Positions 48,363 through 57,739 of a DNA stretch of 63,299 bases are shown here, one piece after another. This DNA comes from a virus (lineage: Duplodnaviria; Caudoviricetes). Location: positions 1-63,299 of the IMG/VR virus record IMGVR_UViG_3300025536_000016; one strand, given 5' to 3'. The first letter of the stretch is position 1. The number at the start of each line of letters is the position of its first letter. Under the pieces are notes generated by a model, which saw nothing but the letters and a program-made list of their open reading frames with translations, searched no databases and was not told where the DNA came from. Position numbers and translations under genes: made by a program.

Positions 48363-51300
48363 ATGCCATTTTGGATAATCGCATTGGTCATTTTAGGAGC
48401 GACAATCGCCCTCAATGCTATTATGGCTTCCCGAATAAAACCGGAGAAAAGGAAGGCTGCGGGTCTCGGAGATTTCAATTTTCCTACGGCGCAGGAGAAC
48501 CGAGAAATCGCAGTTGTCGTTGGCACCATTCGGCAAGAATCTCCTAACTCAGTTTGGGATGGAGACCTCCTCACGGTTCCCGTAAAAAAGAAAGTTCCCA
48601 ATCCTGCTTTTTTCGGATTGACGAAAAAGACTATCGAAACTGGTCAATATAGATATTTTGTCGGAATGGCTCTTGTTCTCGGTCAGGGAGATGGCGGAGT
48701 AAAATTAAGAGAATTCCAGATTGATGATAAAGTCGTCTGGTCTGGGAATATTTCCTCCGGAACATTTTCTTTTGATAAATCTCAATTATTCGGAGGAGAG
48801 GAAAAAGAGGGAGGGTACGCCGGCACCTTCGATTATTACGGCGGTTCGTGGTCTCAAATTTATAATTCATATCTTGAGGCTCAATTGGCTGCCGCAGGAA
48901 CGAAAGCTCGGAATTGGAAAGGAGTAACTTATCTTGTTCAAAAAGGCCCGTCATCAGGGAGTGTCGGAGCGAATATTCCAAATGGTTATGTTGGTCTCTC
49001 GGAAAATCTCCGGAAATATTCTTTTGTCCTCGAAAGATTCCCAGACCATTTAGGGCAGACATCTTATTCAATCGTAAATTCTACTGATGCTAATCCAGTC
49101 GAATGGGCTTATGAGCTTTTAATCAATTTCGATTATGGAGCTAATATTCCCTCCTCCCAGATTGATATTAATACTTTCAAAGCCGCTGCACAAACTTGCT
49201 TCAATGAGGGAATCGGGCTTTCCGTTCTTTGGGACACTGACAGAGATATAACAGATGTTCTTCAAGATATAAATGAATTGATTGATGGAGCAATCTACGT
49301 TGACAGAACAACCGGTCTTTGGACTTGTAAATTAGCCCGAGCGGATTATGACATCGAGGATTTATTCGTCTTTGATGATAATAATGTAAAAGAGGAGATT
49401 AATTTTTCCACGAATACTTCAAAAGATGCTCCCTCTCAAATCGTTGTTCCTTTTATTGATAAATCCCAGAATTTCAAAACGAGAGAAGCTGATTTCAAAG
49501 ATTTAGCCCAGAGGAGAAATCAGGCAGCGCCGCTTCAAAAGAAAATTGATTTCTATGGCGTGGCAAACGGAATCGAAGCTTCCCGTCTTGCTTTTCGAGA
49601 AGCACGGGTTTTCGCGTCGAATCTCCGGACGGTTACTTTCAAATCAAATCGAACAGGACATTGGGTTCGACCGCTTTCCGTCTTTCTTTATCGGAGGATT
49701 GATAGAGATACGGGAGATTTAATAGAAGTCGTATTCAGGACAGGGCGCGTCAATGATGGAGAATTAATTGAGGGTTCGATTGAAATTGAAGCTTTAGAGG
49801 ATGTCTTTTCTCTGGGAACTCTCCATTATGACCCGCCCGGTGCTACTTCATGGACAAGTCCGAATGGAGCCCCTGTAGCGGTTGCTACTCAATATCTGGG
49901 TGAACAACCTTATTTTCTTTCAGAGAATCAGATTAAATTATGGGCTTTTGGGAGACAACCGAATGGAGCCCAGAGGAATTTTGATTTCTTTGCGAAAAAG
50001 AGTGCTGATTCAGTTTATATTCCGCAAATTTATTCCAATAACTTTGCAGTTACGGGAACGATAAATTCTGATTATAATCGAACGGGCGCGGTTGATTCCT
50101 CGAATTCCCTGATTATTGCAATCTCTGAGGGATTAGGAAGATTGGCAGCTGCTTCAGCAACGGAAATCGCTTCAGAGGGAAATAATCTTTTTCTTTTCGA
50201 GGATTCCGGAGAGATTTGTGCTTTTCAATCAATTACGGATAATGGAGATGGAACTGTTACCCTGAACAATGTCTGGCGAGGGCTTTATGACACGACAACA
50301 GAAAAACATTTATCCGGAACACGAATCTGGTTCTTTTCCTATGGACAGGCTCTCCCTGAAACCGGAGTTCTTTCGGGAACGACTTATAACGGAAAATTAT
50401 TGACGAATTCCCTTCAAGGTCAACTTCCTGTTGCAAGTGCGACGGCAGCGACATTTACTCCATCGAATCGTCAAGCGCGTCCTCTCCCTCCTCAAGATGT
50501 TCAAATCGGAGGAGTCGCGAATCCGGTCGCAATACCGGCAGCCGGTTCTAATATCTCGATTTCATGGAAGAATCGAAACAGGTTAACCCAAACTCAGATG
50601 CTGAATCAGAATGATGCTTCGGTTACATCTGAAATCGGAGTTTCCATCTCGATTAAAATCTACAATGGAGCAGGAACTTTATTAGCAACAAAAAATAATA
50701 TCTCCGGAACATCTTATAGTTATTTATCGGCTGACCAGACGACTGATGGAGCCGCCGCGGAAACCGCCTTAACATTCGTTATTTATTCAATGAGGAACGG
50801 AGTGTCATCCTATCAGGCTATCCGATTTGCGACTGCAAGGCCGTCTGGGTCTCCTGCAGCGGTTCTTCCTTCATTCACTCCAATCGGAACACCTCCCTCG
50901 CCATCTGACGCGACGACGAATGTTGCGGGAGTTCCGATTTCAGGAACACCGACTTCGACAAATAATACGCTTGTTTATAATTCGACTACGGGTTATCTCG
51001 AATGGGCTCCGGGCACCGGTTCAGGTTCTGCTTGGTTCACTGGTTCAGGAGTCCCAAGTTCCGGAACAGGAGTCAATAATGATTTATATCTGAACACCGT
51101 CAATGGAGATATTTATAAAAAAGTCGCCGGAGCTTGGGGTTCTCCGATTATGAACATTATGGGAATCGCCGGAACTCCTGGCACCGCTGGGGCAACCGGA
51201 GGGGTTTGGTTCAATGGTTCCGGTGTTCCCTCTGGAGGAGTTGGGGCAAATGGAGATTACTATATAAATATCCTCAATGATGATGTTTATTATAAAGCCG

Positions 51301-51944
51301 GAGGAGCATGGGGTTTCCTGATGAATATCAGAGGAGCTCCCGGTTCGACTGGTTCTACTGGCCCGACCGGTTCGACAGGGCCGGCTGGTTCTACTGGAAC
51401 TGCCGGAGCTGATGGAAATAAAATTTACTCGGGTTCCGGAGCTCCATCCGGAGGAACGGGAGTAAATGATGACATTTATATCAGGACTTCAAACTATGAT
51501 TTATATCAAAAGATTTCCGGAACATGGACGATAATCGGAAATATCAAAGGGAATCCCGCGAATGTCCGAGCAACGGTTAATCTGACAACCGCAAGTCTTG
51601 CGAATGGAGCAACAGATTTGGGAGTCGTAACCCTCGGAAAATCATTCAGGATTACGAAGATAGTTGTTGATAGAGCCTGTAGGGTTCGATTATATTCAAC
51701 CTCAGCTCTGAGAAGTGCTGATGCTTCGAGAGCTTTCGGAGATAGAAGTTATGTCGGAACTCAACACGGAATAATCACAGATATTTTATTAGATGCGATA
51801 ACGGGATTATCATGGGTCATGTCTCCGGAGGCAATGGGAAGCAATGTTGATTCTCCCTATATAACGGATGTTTATTATTCCGTTACTAATCTGAGTGGTT
51901 CGACACATACGATAGGCATTGATATAGATAATTTGGTAGAATAA
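48363..51944 (+). CDS. Tail tip / host-specificity protein with collagen-like and GSGxP repeats
   Basis: DFNFPTAQENR, DANPVEW, CKLARADY, RGLYDT; three GSGVPS..G.N.D.Y repeats; Gly-X-Y runs. Confidence 0.82.
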   Translation: MPFWIIALVILGATIALNAIMASRIKPEKRKAAGLGDFNFPTAQENREIAVVVGTIRQESPNSVWDGDLLTVPVKKKVPNPAFFGLTKKTIETGQYRYFVGMALVLGQGDGGVKLREFQIDDKVVWSGNISSGTFSFDKSQLFGGEEKEGGYAGTFDYYGGSWSQIYNSYLEAQLAAAGTKARNWKGVTYLVQKGPSSGSVGANIPNGYVGLSENLRKYSFVLERFPDHLGQTSYSIVNSTDANPVEWAYELLINFDYGANIPSSQIDINTFKAAAQTCFNEGIGLSVLWDTDRDITDVLQDINELIDGAIYVDRTTGLWTCKLARADYDIEDLFVFDDNNVKEEINFSTNTSKDAPSQIVVPFIDKSQNFKTREADFKDLAQRRNQAAPLQKKIDFYGVANGIEASRLAFREARVFASNLRTVTFKSNRTGHWVRPLSVFLYRRIDRDTGDLIEVVFRTGRVNDGELIEGSIEIEALEDVFSLGTLHYDPPGATSWTSPNGAPVAVATQYLGEQPYFLSENQIKLWAFGRQPNGAQRNFDFFAKKSADSVYIPQIYSNNFAVTGTINSDYNRTGAVDSSNSLIIAISEGLGRLAAASATEIASEGNNLFLFEDSGEICAFQSITDNGDGTVTLNNVWRGLYDTTTEKHLSGTRIWFFSYGQALPETGVLSGTTYNGKLLTNSLQGQLPVASATAATFTPSNRQARPLPPQDVQIGGVANPVAIPAAGSNISISWKNRNRLTQTQMLNQNDASVTSEIGVSISIKIYNGAGTLLATKNNISGTSYSYLSADQTTDGAAAETALTFVIYSMRNGVSSYQAIRFATARPSGSPAAVLPSFTPIGTPPSPSDATTNVAGVPISGTPTSTNNTLVYNSTTGYLEWAPGTGSGSAWFTGSGVPSSGTGVNNDLYLNTVNGDIYKKVAGAWGSPIMNIMGIAGTPGTAGATGGVWFNGSGVPSGGVGANGDYYINILNDDVYYKAGGAWGFLMNIRGAPGSTGSTGPTGSTGPAGSTGTAGADGNKIYSGSGAPSGGTGVNDDIYIRTSNYDLYQKISGTWTIIGNIKGNPANVRATVNLTTASLANGATDLGVVTLGKSFRITKIVVDRACRVRLYSTSALRSADASRAFGDRSYVGTQHGIITDILLDAITGLSWVMSPEAMGSNVDSPYITDVYYSVTNLSGSTHTIGIDIDNLVE

Positions 51945-51945
51945 T

Positions 51946-52785
51946 ATGGCATATAATTTAACAAGAACCACGGGTTATGCTTCCAACGTGAACGCGAGTT
52001 TTCGGGCAGGGTGTCAATTAATCCATGATACATTATTAGCCGGAGGATGGATTCAAACTTCCGATACTGGGCAGATAGATATTCCAACAGCAACGGCGCC
52101 CGGTAATGCTTCCGCAGGATATGAGATTTGGCGTTCCAATGAATCCGGAGGAGGGGTTCAGGAAATTTATCTCAGGATTGATTATATCGGAGGAAATTCC
52201 GCTTTTAATCAGATGGGAATTTCAGTTATCACTGGTTGGGCATCGAATGGTTCCGGAACAATTACGACGGGAGCGACGACAAGAACAACGGTCGCTTGGA
52301 ATAGTTCTTTTTCCTCTAGTCCTCAGCCATTTTTTGTCAGTGCAGGAGAGGGATTCTTTACGTGGTGGGGTCAGGGATTCTTTGGAGGAGTGATTGTTGA
52401 TAGATTGATTGATAACGCAGGAAACAAATTGAATGAATTAGGATTCATTTATTTTTATTATCTTAACGCCGTCGGTTATCAGCAACAATCTCAGGCTTCT
52501 AGTTATTTATTGGGAGCTTATACTCAAATAACTACTATTCCTAATTTACCGACGACTTCAAGTTCTCTCCAATTTGGAAGGGCAGGAATTGGTTTCTTTT
52601 TTGTTCAGAAAGCCGGATTCTCGAATCCTCTGAAATCCGCAATCATGAATGGAGCTGCCACTTCCACGATAAGTCAATTATATGATATTGTTCAAATTAA
52701 AATGTATGGAAATTATGTTAATTACATGATAGTTGGGAGTAGTTTCGCAGGAATAAGTAGCACCGCTCTTTTGAGAACATCTTGA
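51946..52785 (+). CDS. Putative tail fibre / receptor-binding protein, paralogue 1
   Basis: Shares IQTxDTGQI, GYEIWRSN, GWxSNGSGT and GFxNP with the next gene. Confidence 0.55.
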   Translation: MAYNLTRTTGYASNVNASFRAGCQLIHDTLLAGGWIQTSDTGQIDIPTATAPGNASAGYEIWRSNESGGGVQEIYLRIDYIGGNSAFNQMGISVITGWASNGSGTITTGATTRTTVAWNSSFSSSPQPFFVSAGEGFFTWWGQGFFGGVIVDRLIDNAGNKLNELGFIYFYYLNAVGYQQQSQASSYLLGAYTQITTIPNLPTTSSSLQFGRAGIGFFFVQKAGFSNPLKSAIMNGAATSTISQLYDIVQIKMYGNYVNYMIVGSSFAGISSTALLRTS

Positions 52786-52820
52786 GGAATTTTGATAATA
52801 AATGGTAGGTAAAATAAATT

Positions 52821-53672
52821 ATGTCAGCACAAACAGTTACGAGAGCTTTAATCAATGATACTGATGCGAATTTCAGATTATGGGGCAAAGCCATTTCTGA
52901 CCAGTTCGCAGCGGGAGGGATGATTCAAACCCCCGATACGGGACAGATAAATTGGGCGACGGTTCTCACTCCGGCGGCAGTTAGCACATATCAGGGATAT
53001 GAGATTTGGCGCTCGAATGACGCCGGAGGAAGTCTCGTTAACTGGTATATGAAAATCCAGTATGGAAGTAATTCAACAGCAGCAAACCAACCTCGTGTCT
53101 CGATTCAATTCGGCTGGGGAAGTAACGGTTCCGGAACATTGACGGGAACGACTAACACTGCAATGACTCCTCAATTGAATACGACCGCGACAACGACTCT
53201 GATGAATTGCAATTTATCAGTCGGCACCGGTTGGCACATTATGGTTCTCGGAACTGTTACGAATAATAATATGTTCTTTTCCGTCGAGAGAACACGAGAT
53301 TCTGCGAATGCTTTCCAGAATGAATTATTAATCGTTGCCCAAGATGCGAACACTTGGAAATCTCAAGTTTTGACTCAAACCGTCGCCTATCCTACGGAGT
53401 CGACAACGGCTGCTGCGATTATTCCTACTGCCGCAAATTCCGTTCAGGGAGGAGTAGTCGGATTAGGGCTTCAATTCGGAAATCGAGGAGGATTTACAAA
53501 TCCCTCGATGAATCTTTTTGGAGTCAATGCAAGTCAATTAGGTTCTGCTCAAACTCAATTGACAATCAATACTTATGGAGCTAATCATAATTATATTTTG
53601 AATCCTCCGAGCATTACCGGTCTCCAATTCGCCGGTATTTCGACAACGATGATTTTACAGAGGTTTGAATAA
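52821..53672 (+). CDS. Putative tail fibre / receptor-binding protein, paralogue 2
   Basis: Same shared blocks as the previous gene. Confidence 0.55.
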   Translation: MSAQTVTRALINDTDANFRLWGKAISDQFAAGGMIQTPDTGQINWATVLTPAAVSTYQGYEIWRSNDAGGSLVNWYMKIQYGSNSTAANQPRVSIQFGWGSNGSGTLTGTTNTAMTPQLNTTATTTLMNCNLSVGTGWHIMVLGTVTNNNMFFSVERTRDSANAFQNELLIVAQDANTWKSQVLTQTVAYPTESTTAAAIIPTAANSVQGGVVGLGLQFGNRGGFTNPSMNLFGVNASQLGSAQTQLTINTYGANHNYILNPPSITGLQFAGISTTMILQRFE

Positions 53673-54022
53673 TGCCAACGGGACAAGATATTCCGACAAC
53701 TCAATTCATGGCTTCTGCGAAAGTGGCGGTTTTCAATGAGTCAATAAGTTATCTGGGATATTACCAGACATATCAGCTCGGAGTCGTAATTCCTCAATTG
53801 ACTAATATTCGAGGGACATTTCAATTCGGAGTTGTGATTCCTCAATTGAATTATAATTATGTTGCTTATGCACTCGGAGTTTATCTTGGTTGGTTCCCTT
53901 ATCCTGATGCTCCCGTTGATTTGATTATTGATGCAATCGTTACTAATAATCCATTGACGACGGGCGAGGAGGTCATTTTAACACGTGGTCAGGATTTCCC
54001 GCGCGGAGACGGAAATCGTTAA
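53672..54022 (+). CDS. Hypothetical virion-associated protein
   Basis: Internal repeat QLGVVIPQL/QFGVVIPQL. Confidence 0.55.
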   Translation: MPTGQDIPTTQFMASAKVAVFNESISYLGYYQTYQLGVVIPQLTNIRGTFQFGVVIPQLNYNYVAYALGVYLGWFPYPDAPVDLIIDAIVTNNPLTTGEEVILTRGQDFPRGDGNR

Positions 54023-54105
54023 ATTTGAATTATTTGAGAAATCAAATATAATCAAGAAGTCAAATTATAATTTGATAAATTAATTTAGAGGAGAATTAAA
54101 AAAGT

Positions 54106-54441
54106 ATGGCGGAAGTTTCAACAGAAGGAAAGACGAAACAGGCTGAGGCTCAAGCATCCTCATCCGGAGGGAATCAGGGTTCAGGGAATGCGAAAGTCGT
54201 TGACCCGAAAGTTGCAGGAGCAGAAGCTTCGGCAAAGAAAGGTTCGGATTCAAAGCCGGTTGATTATGATGAGTATGTCGCGAATCTGAATTCGGAAAAG
54301 AAAGTCGAGGGAGGAGAACAGGTTATCGCTTCCGGTCTCGATAAAGGGCGTCTCGTCAAAGATGACGGCTCGATTGATTATGAATCTCCGAGTCATTTGG
54401 AAAAGCGATTAGGCGGCGAGTTCGACACAATTCCTGAATAG
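54106..54441 (+). CDS. Hypothetical hydrophilic protein
   Basis: GAGGAG RBS. Confidence 0.65.
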   Translation: MAEVSTEGKTKQAEAQASSSGGNQGSGNAKVVDPKVAGAEASAKKGSDSKPVDYDEYVANLNSEKKVEGGEQVIASGLDKGRLVKDDGSIDYESPSHLEKRLGGEFDTIPE

Positions 54442-54515
54442 GAATAATTTTTCATTTGAGGAATCCGGAAAAAATTATCTGGATTCCTCAAACCATCAAA
54501 AGAGAGGATAATTTC

Positions 54516-55265
54516 ATGATTAAAGTTGGTTCCATAGGAAAGGATGTCATTCAATGGCAAGAGTTCCTAAAATTAAGCGGATATAATATTGGTTCATTGG
54601 ATGGGATTTTCGGCTCGAAAGTCGAATCCGCAACAAAAGAGTGGCAAAAAAAGAATGGATTAGAAGCCGATGGAATAGTTGGTTCTAACACGCTCCAGAA
54701 AGCCGGTCTTTCCGTCGTTGCTTCTCCCTCTCCGATAAATTCAAAATATTATCCTCCGAAGCCGGATTTTGCTTATCCGAATTCCACTCGGGTTCGTCAG
54801 TTATTCGGGAATTTCAGTTTCCGGAATAATAAAGGAAAAATTGAAATCCTCGATAACTGGGCAGGAAAGAATGTCGTTAAAGTTCGGATTCCTGAATTAA
54901 TCGGAGTTTATGGAGCTCCGAAAGATGGAATGATTGAGTTTCATAAATTGGGAGAGAATCAGCTCAAAGGGGCTTTCTCTGAAATTGGAGAAAAAGGTCT
55001 TGCCGATAGAATCATTTCATTTGGCGGAAGCTTTTATCCTCGATTCATCAGGGGTTCAGTAACAACTCTCTCCAATCATTCATGGGCGACGGCTTTGGAT
55101 TTGAATGCTCCGGAAAATTGGCTGGGTGAACGTCCCGCGTCAATCGGAGAAAAAGGTTCCCTCCTCGAATTGGTTCCAATCTTCAATAAGTGGGGCTTTT
55201 TCTGGGGCGGACATTATAACAAGCGTCTCGACGGGATGCATTTTGAATTGGCTAAATTACTATAA
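54516..55265 (+). CDS. Endolysin: peptidoglycan-binding domain plus M15 peptidase
   Basis: DGIFGSKVESATKEWQ..NGLEADGIVG; R...SNHSWATALD...DGMHFE. Confidence 0.92.
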   Translation: MIKVGSIGKDVIQWQEFLKLSGYNIGSLDGIFGSKVESATKEWQKKNGLEADGIVGSNTLQKAGLSVVASPSPINSKYYPPKPDFAYPNSTRVRQLFGNFSFRNNKGKIEILDNWAGKNVVKVRIPELIGVYGAPKDGMIEFHKLGENQLKGAFSEIGEKGLADRIISFGGSFYPRFIRGSVTTLSNHSWATALDLNAPENWLGERPASIGEKGSLLELVPIFNKWGFFWGGHYNKRLDGMHFELAKLL

Positions 55266-55281
55266 GAGAGGAAATAAAATC

Positions 55282-55560
55282 ATGGATGGATTAAAAGATA
55301 TTGGCATCAATCTCGGCACGACAATCGGAAAACAAGTTCTCGTTTCCGAATTGAGAAAGAAAGGAAGAAAGCTTGTCGAAAAGGACACGAATAAAACTGG
55401 TTCTGATGATTTCGGAGGGCAAACTCTTCTCGCGGTCGCTGATGCCGTCGAGGCAATCGAATTTACGGAGAATCCGAAATCCCTGATGAATATCGGCAGA
55501 GCTTTTGAAGCAGCAGGTAAAAGGATTCAGGAAGAAGCGAAGAAAGCCGGCGTCCAATAA
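55282..55560 (+). CDS. Hypothetical protein
   Basis: ATG 55282 after GAGGA. Confidence 0.6.
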   Translation: MDGLKDIGINLGTTIGKQVLVSELRKKGRKLVEKDTNKTGSDDFGGQTLLAVADAVEAIEFTENPKSLMNIGRAFEAAGKRIQEEAKKAGVQ

Positions 55561-55604
55561 AAATTTTTCGGTATTTTCAAATGTTTAGAGGAGGAACGAT
55601 TTAT

Positions 55605-55847
55605 ATGTCATTCAATTTATCTTTTACGGGCTCAAAGAAAGGAGTCCTGAAAGCAATCGAGGATGCTCCGGACAACGGGCAACCTCAAGTTCCGGAAGTG
55701 AAAGCACTTCTCAAATCGGAAGTCGAACAGATGCCCGAGAATTCCTATAACAATGGGATTTCAATCACAGCCTCTGGTCATGCGGATAATCAAAATCGCT
55801 ATATGAATATTGAAATCCGGATGGTCAAGCTTTCAATGGAGGAATAA
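55605..55847 (+). CDS. Hypothetical protein
   Basis: ATG 55605 after GAGGAGG. Confidence 0.6.
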   Translation: MSFNLSFTGSKKGVLKAIEDAPDNGQPQVPEVKALLKSEVEQMPENSYNNGISITASGHADNQNRYMNIEIRMVKLSMEE

Positions 55848-55852
55848 AATCC

Positions 55853-56218
55853 GTGCAGGATAATCAAGTTCTCTACACTCTCAGGAACATTCCGCCGTGG
55901 CTTCCGGTCTTGTTCCTGATTGTCCTTTTTGTGATTCTTTATATCATTTATAAAGACCCATTCTTTAAGGATATAATCAGCGGGACTTTAATCGTCGCAT
56001 TTTTGACTTCAATCGGAATTAAATTAGCTCCGACACAGAGTCCGAAACTCGACACTCAATCTGGAGATATTAACATAAATCCGATTCCCAAAAATCCGGC
56101 AACGGAATCATCTCCAGAATCAAAACCTTTGAATGATTTATCAGAGGAAGAAATCCGAAATCTTCACCACGGATTGGAAAATCTGGAAGATAAAGGAAAT
56201 GAATCAGGAACGGAATAA
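55853..56218 (+). CDS. Putative holin (2 TM helices)
   Basis: Two hydrophobic helices near the endolysin. Confidence 0.5.
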   Translation: MQDNQVLYTLRNIPPWLPVLFLIVLFVILYIIYKDPFFKDIISGTLIVAFLTSIGIKLAPTQSPKLDTQSGDININPIPKNPATESSPESKPLNDLSEEEIRNLHHGLENLEDKGNESGTE

Positions 56219-56726
56219 AATACGATTGTGCTCTATTAGAAGGCAATGCAAGGGGGTTGTGGTTATGAATGAGGAAGAACTTATCAGATTGATTTTTAGA
56301 TTTTTGTGGACCATGTTAATTTTCGGTTGCGCAATTCTATTAAGAAAAATAGTTAATCTTTTGGACAATAAAATTGTCTCCTCGATTTTCGGCTTCTTCT
56401 TTCGATGTCTCGGAGTATATGGAGGGATGATGCTCATCGCATGGATTTTTGATGTTTACTTTGGATTCAAGGTGTTTATCATCTCTCCTATCGTTAATTT
56501 TATTTGCTGGTCGTTTCCTTTTGTTTATCTCTCATATCTTTATTTGAATCTGAAAAATCAACCAAAAGAAATTCAAAATACAGATGGAGATGAAATCCCA
56601 AACCCCAAATATTTAAGCAAGGAAATGATTACATTTCACGCGGAGGAATTAATTAAAGCCCTCCAGCTTCAGGATTCGATTATCACGAAAATAAAACGGG
56701 ATATGAAAATGCGTTTTTTGAGGTAG
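56199..56726 (+). CDS. Multi-pass membrane protein (lysis region)
   Basis: Three hydrophobic segments; start uncertain (56199 or 56265). Confidence 0.55.
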   Translation: MNQERNKIRLCSIRRQCKGVVVMNEEELIRLIFRFLWTMLIFGCAILLRKIVNLLDNKIVSSIFGFFFRCLGVYGGMMLIAWIFDVYFGFKVFIISPIVNFICWSFPFVYLSYLYLNLKNQPKEIQNTDGDEIPNPKYLSKEMITFHAEELIKALQLQDSIITKIKRDMKMRFLR

Positions 56727-56736
56727 AATTTCTATT

Positions 56737-57246
56737 ATGACAGCGCTCCTGTTATTTTTATTTCAAGATAGTAGCTCTTTGAGCTCAACTCAGGAATCTA
56801 TGATTGAAAAAATCTTTATTCTCGTGGCTACTGCTGCAATAACTGGAGTTTCCACTTATCTCGCCACTCGTAGGAAAAATGAAGCTGATATTCAGAAGCT
56901 CGTTGCGGAAACAATCAAGACTTATGTCGAAGCAATGAATCAGATTCAGCAAATCAATAAGGAACTTCGTGCCTCCATCAAAGAACTAATGACGGATGTC
57001 GAAACTTGGCATAAATCCTATTTGAAAACGGATGAATTATTATCCGAAGCGACGAGAGGATTGTCAGATTGTTTAGATTCAAAGGATTGTCCCGAATGTG
57101 AGGAACTTTTAACGGAAGCTCTTGATTCCCTCCTCCAGATTCCGCCCCTTTTGAAAAATGTTCCGGATTCAGAACATTTTGCTTCCTCCATCATTAAGCT
57201 AAGCACAGAGATTTCCAGAAAAATAAATCGGAATCTCCCAGAATAA
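56737..57246 (+). CDS. Membrane-anchored coiled-coil protein (holin/spanin-like)
   Basis: TM IFILVATAAITGVSTYLA then RRK and coiled coil. Confidence 0.55.
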   Translation: MTALLLFLFQDSSSLSSTQESMIEKIFILVATAAITGVSTYLATRRKNEADIQKLVAETIKTYVEAMNQIQQINKELRASIKELMTDVETWHKSYLKTDELLSEATRGLSDCLDSKDCPECEELLTEALDSLLQIPPLLKNVPDSEHFASSIIKLSTEISRKINRNLPE

Positions 57247-57250
57247 AAAA

Positions 57251-57303
57251 TGTCAAAATTTAACATTTTCTTTCTTGACATGCTCAAGGAAATATGAGAG
57301 TAT
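57251..57303 (+). promoter_or_regulatory. Operator plus putative early promoter
   Basis: TGTCA-aaatt-TAACA, TTGACA (57275), TG-n-GAGTAT (57298). Confidence 0.7.
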
Positions 57304-57353
57304 GTATTTCAAGGGAATAACCCGAGACTAAAATTAAATCGAGGATAAAGAAA

Positions 57354-57659
57354 ATGAAAGCAAACACACACATCAACAACTTGGTAAATTTCGGACATCC
57401 GGTTCAGGTTTTAATCGACTTTTCGAGAATGAATAAAACGGAATTAAAATCTTTCCTGAAAGATTTGGAAGTCGACATGACGGGAATCAAGGGAGATAAA
57501 TCTTTGGCACTGGCGAGAATCACTTTTCGGGATTTCGTTGCTCAAAGTGGTAAATCAATTGATGGATGGGATTTCTCGGCTGACTTGGCAATCCTGAATG
57601 ATGAATTTGAATCCTATTCCGCGAGATTCGATTATATGGCTTCTCGGAAATACCGGTAA
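57354..57659 (+). CDS. Hypothetical protein
   Basis: Consensus leader. Confidence 0.75.
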   Translation: MKANTHINNLVNFGHPVQVLIDFSRMNKTELKSFLKDLEVDMTGIKGDKSLALARITFRDFVAQSGKSIDGWDFSADLAILNDEFESYSARFDYMASRKYR

Positions 57660-57711
57660 GAACGAAACCTCCCTCCGGAGGTCATGGAGTTAATCTCCAT
57701 CTGATGAGTTC
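57660..57711 (+). ncRNA. Type II hammerhead ribozyme HH2 (predicted cleavage after 57683)
   Basis: GAAC-GAAA-CCTCC/GGAGG-TC^-ATGGAG/CTCCAT-CTGATGA-GTTC. Confidence 0.92.
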
Positions 57712-57739
57712 AGAACCAAATAAATCGAGGATAAAGAAT

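Noticed and set aside
51946-53672. Diversity-generating retroelement TR/VR pair
   Set aside because: No reverse transcriptase and no near-identical repeat with adenine-specific mismatches; ordinary paralogues
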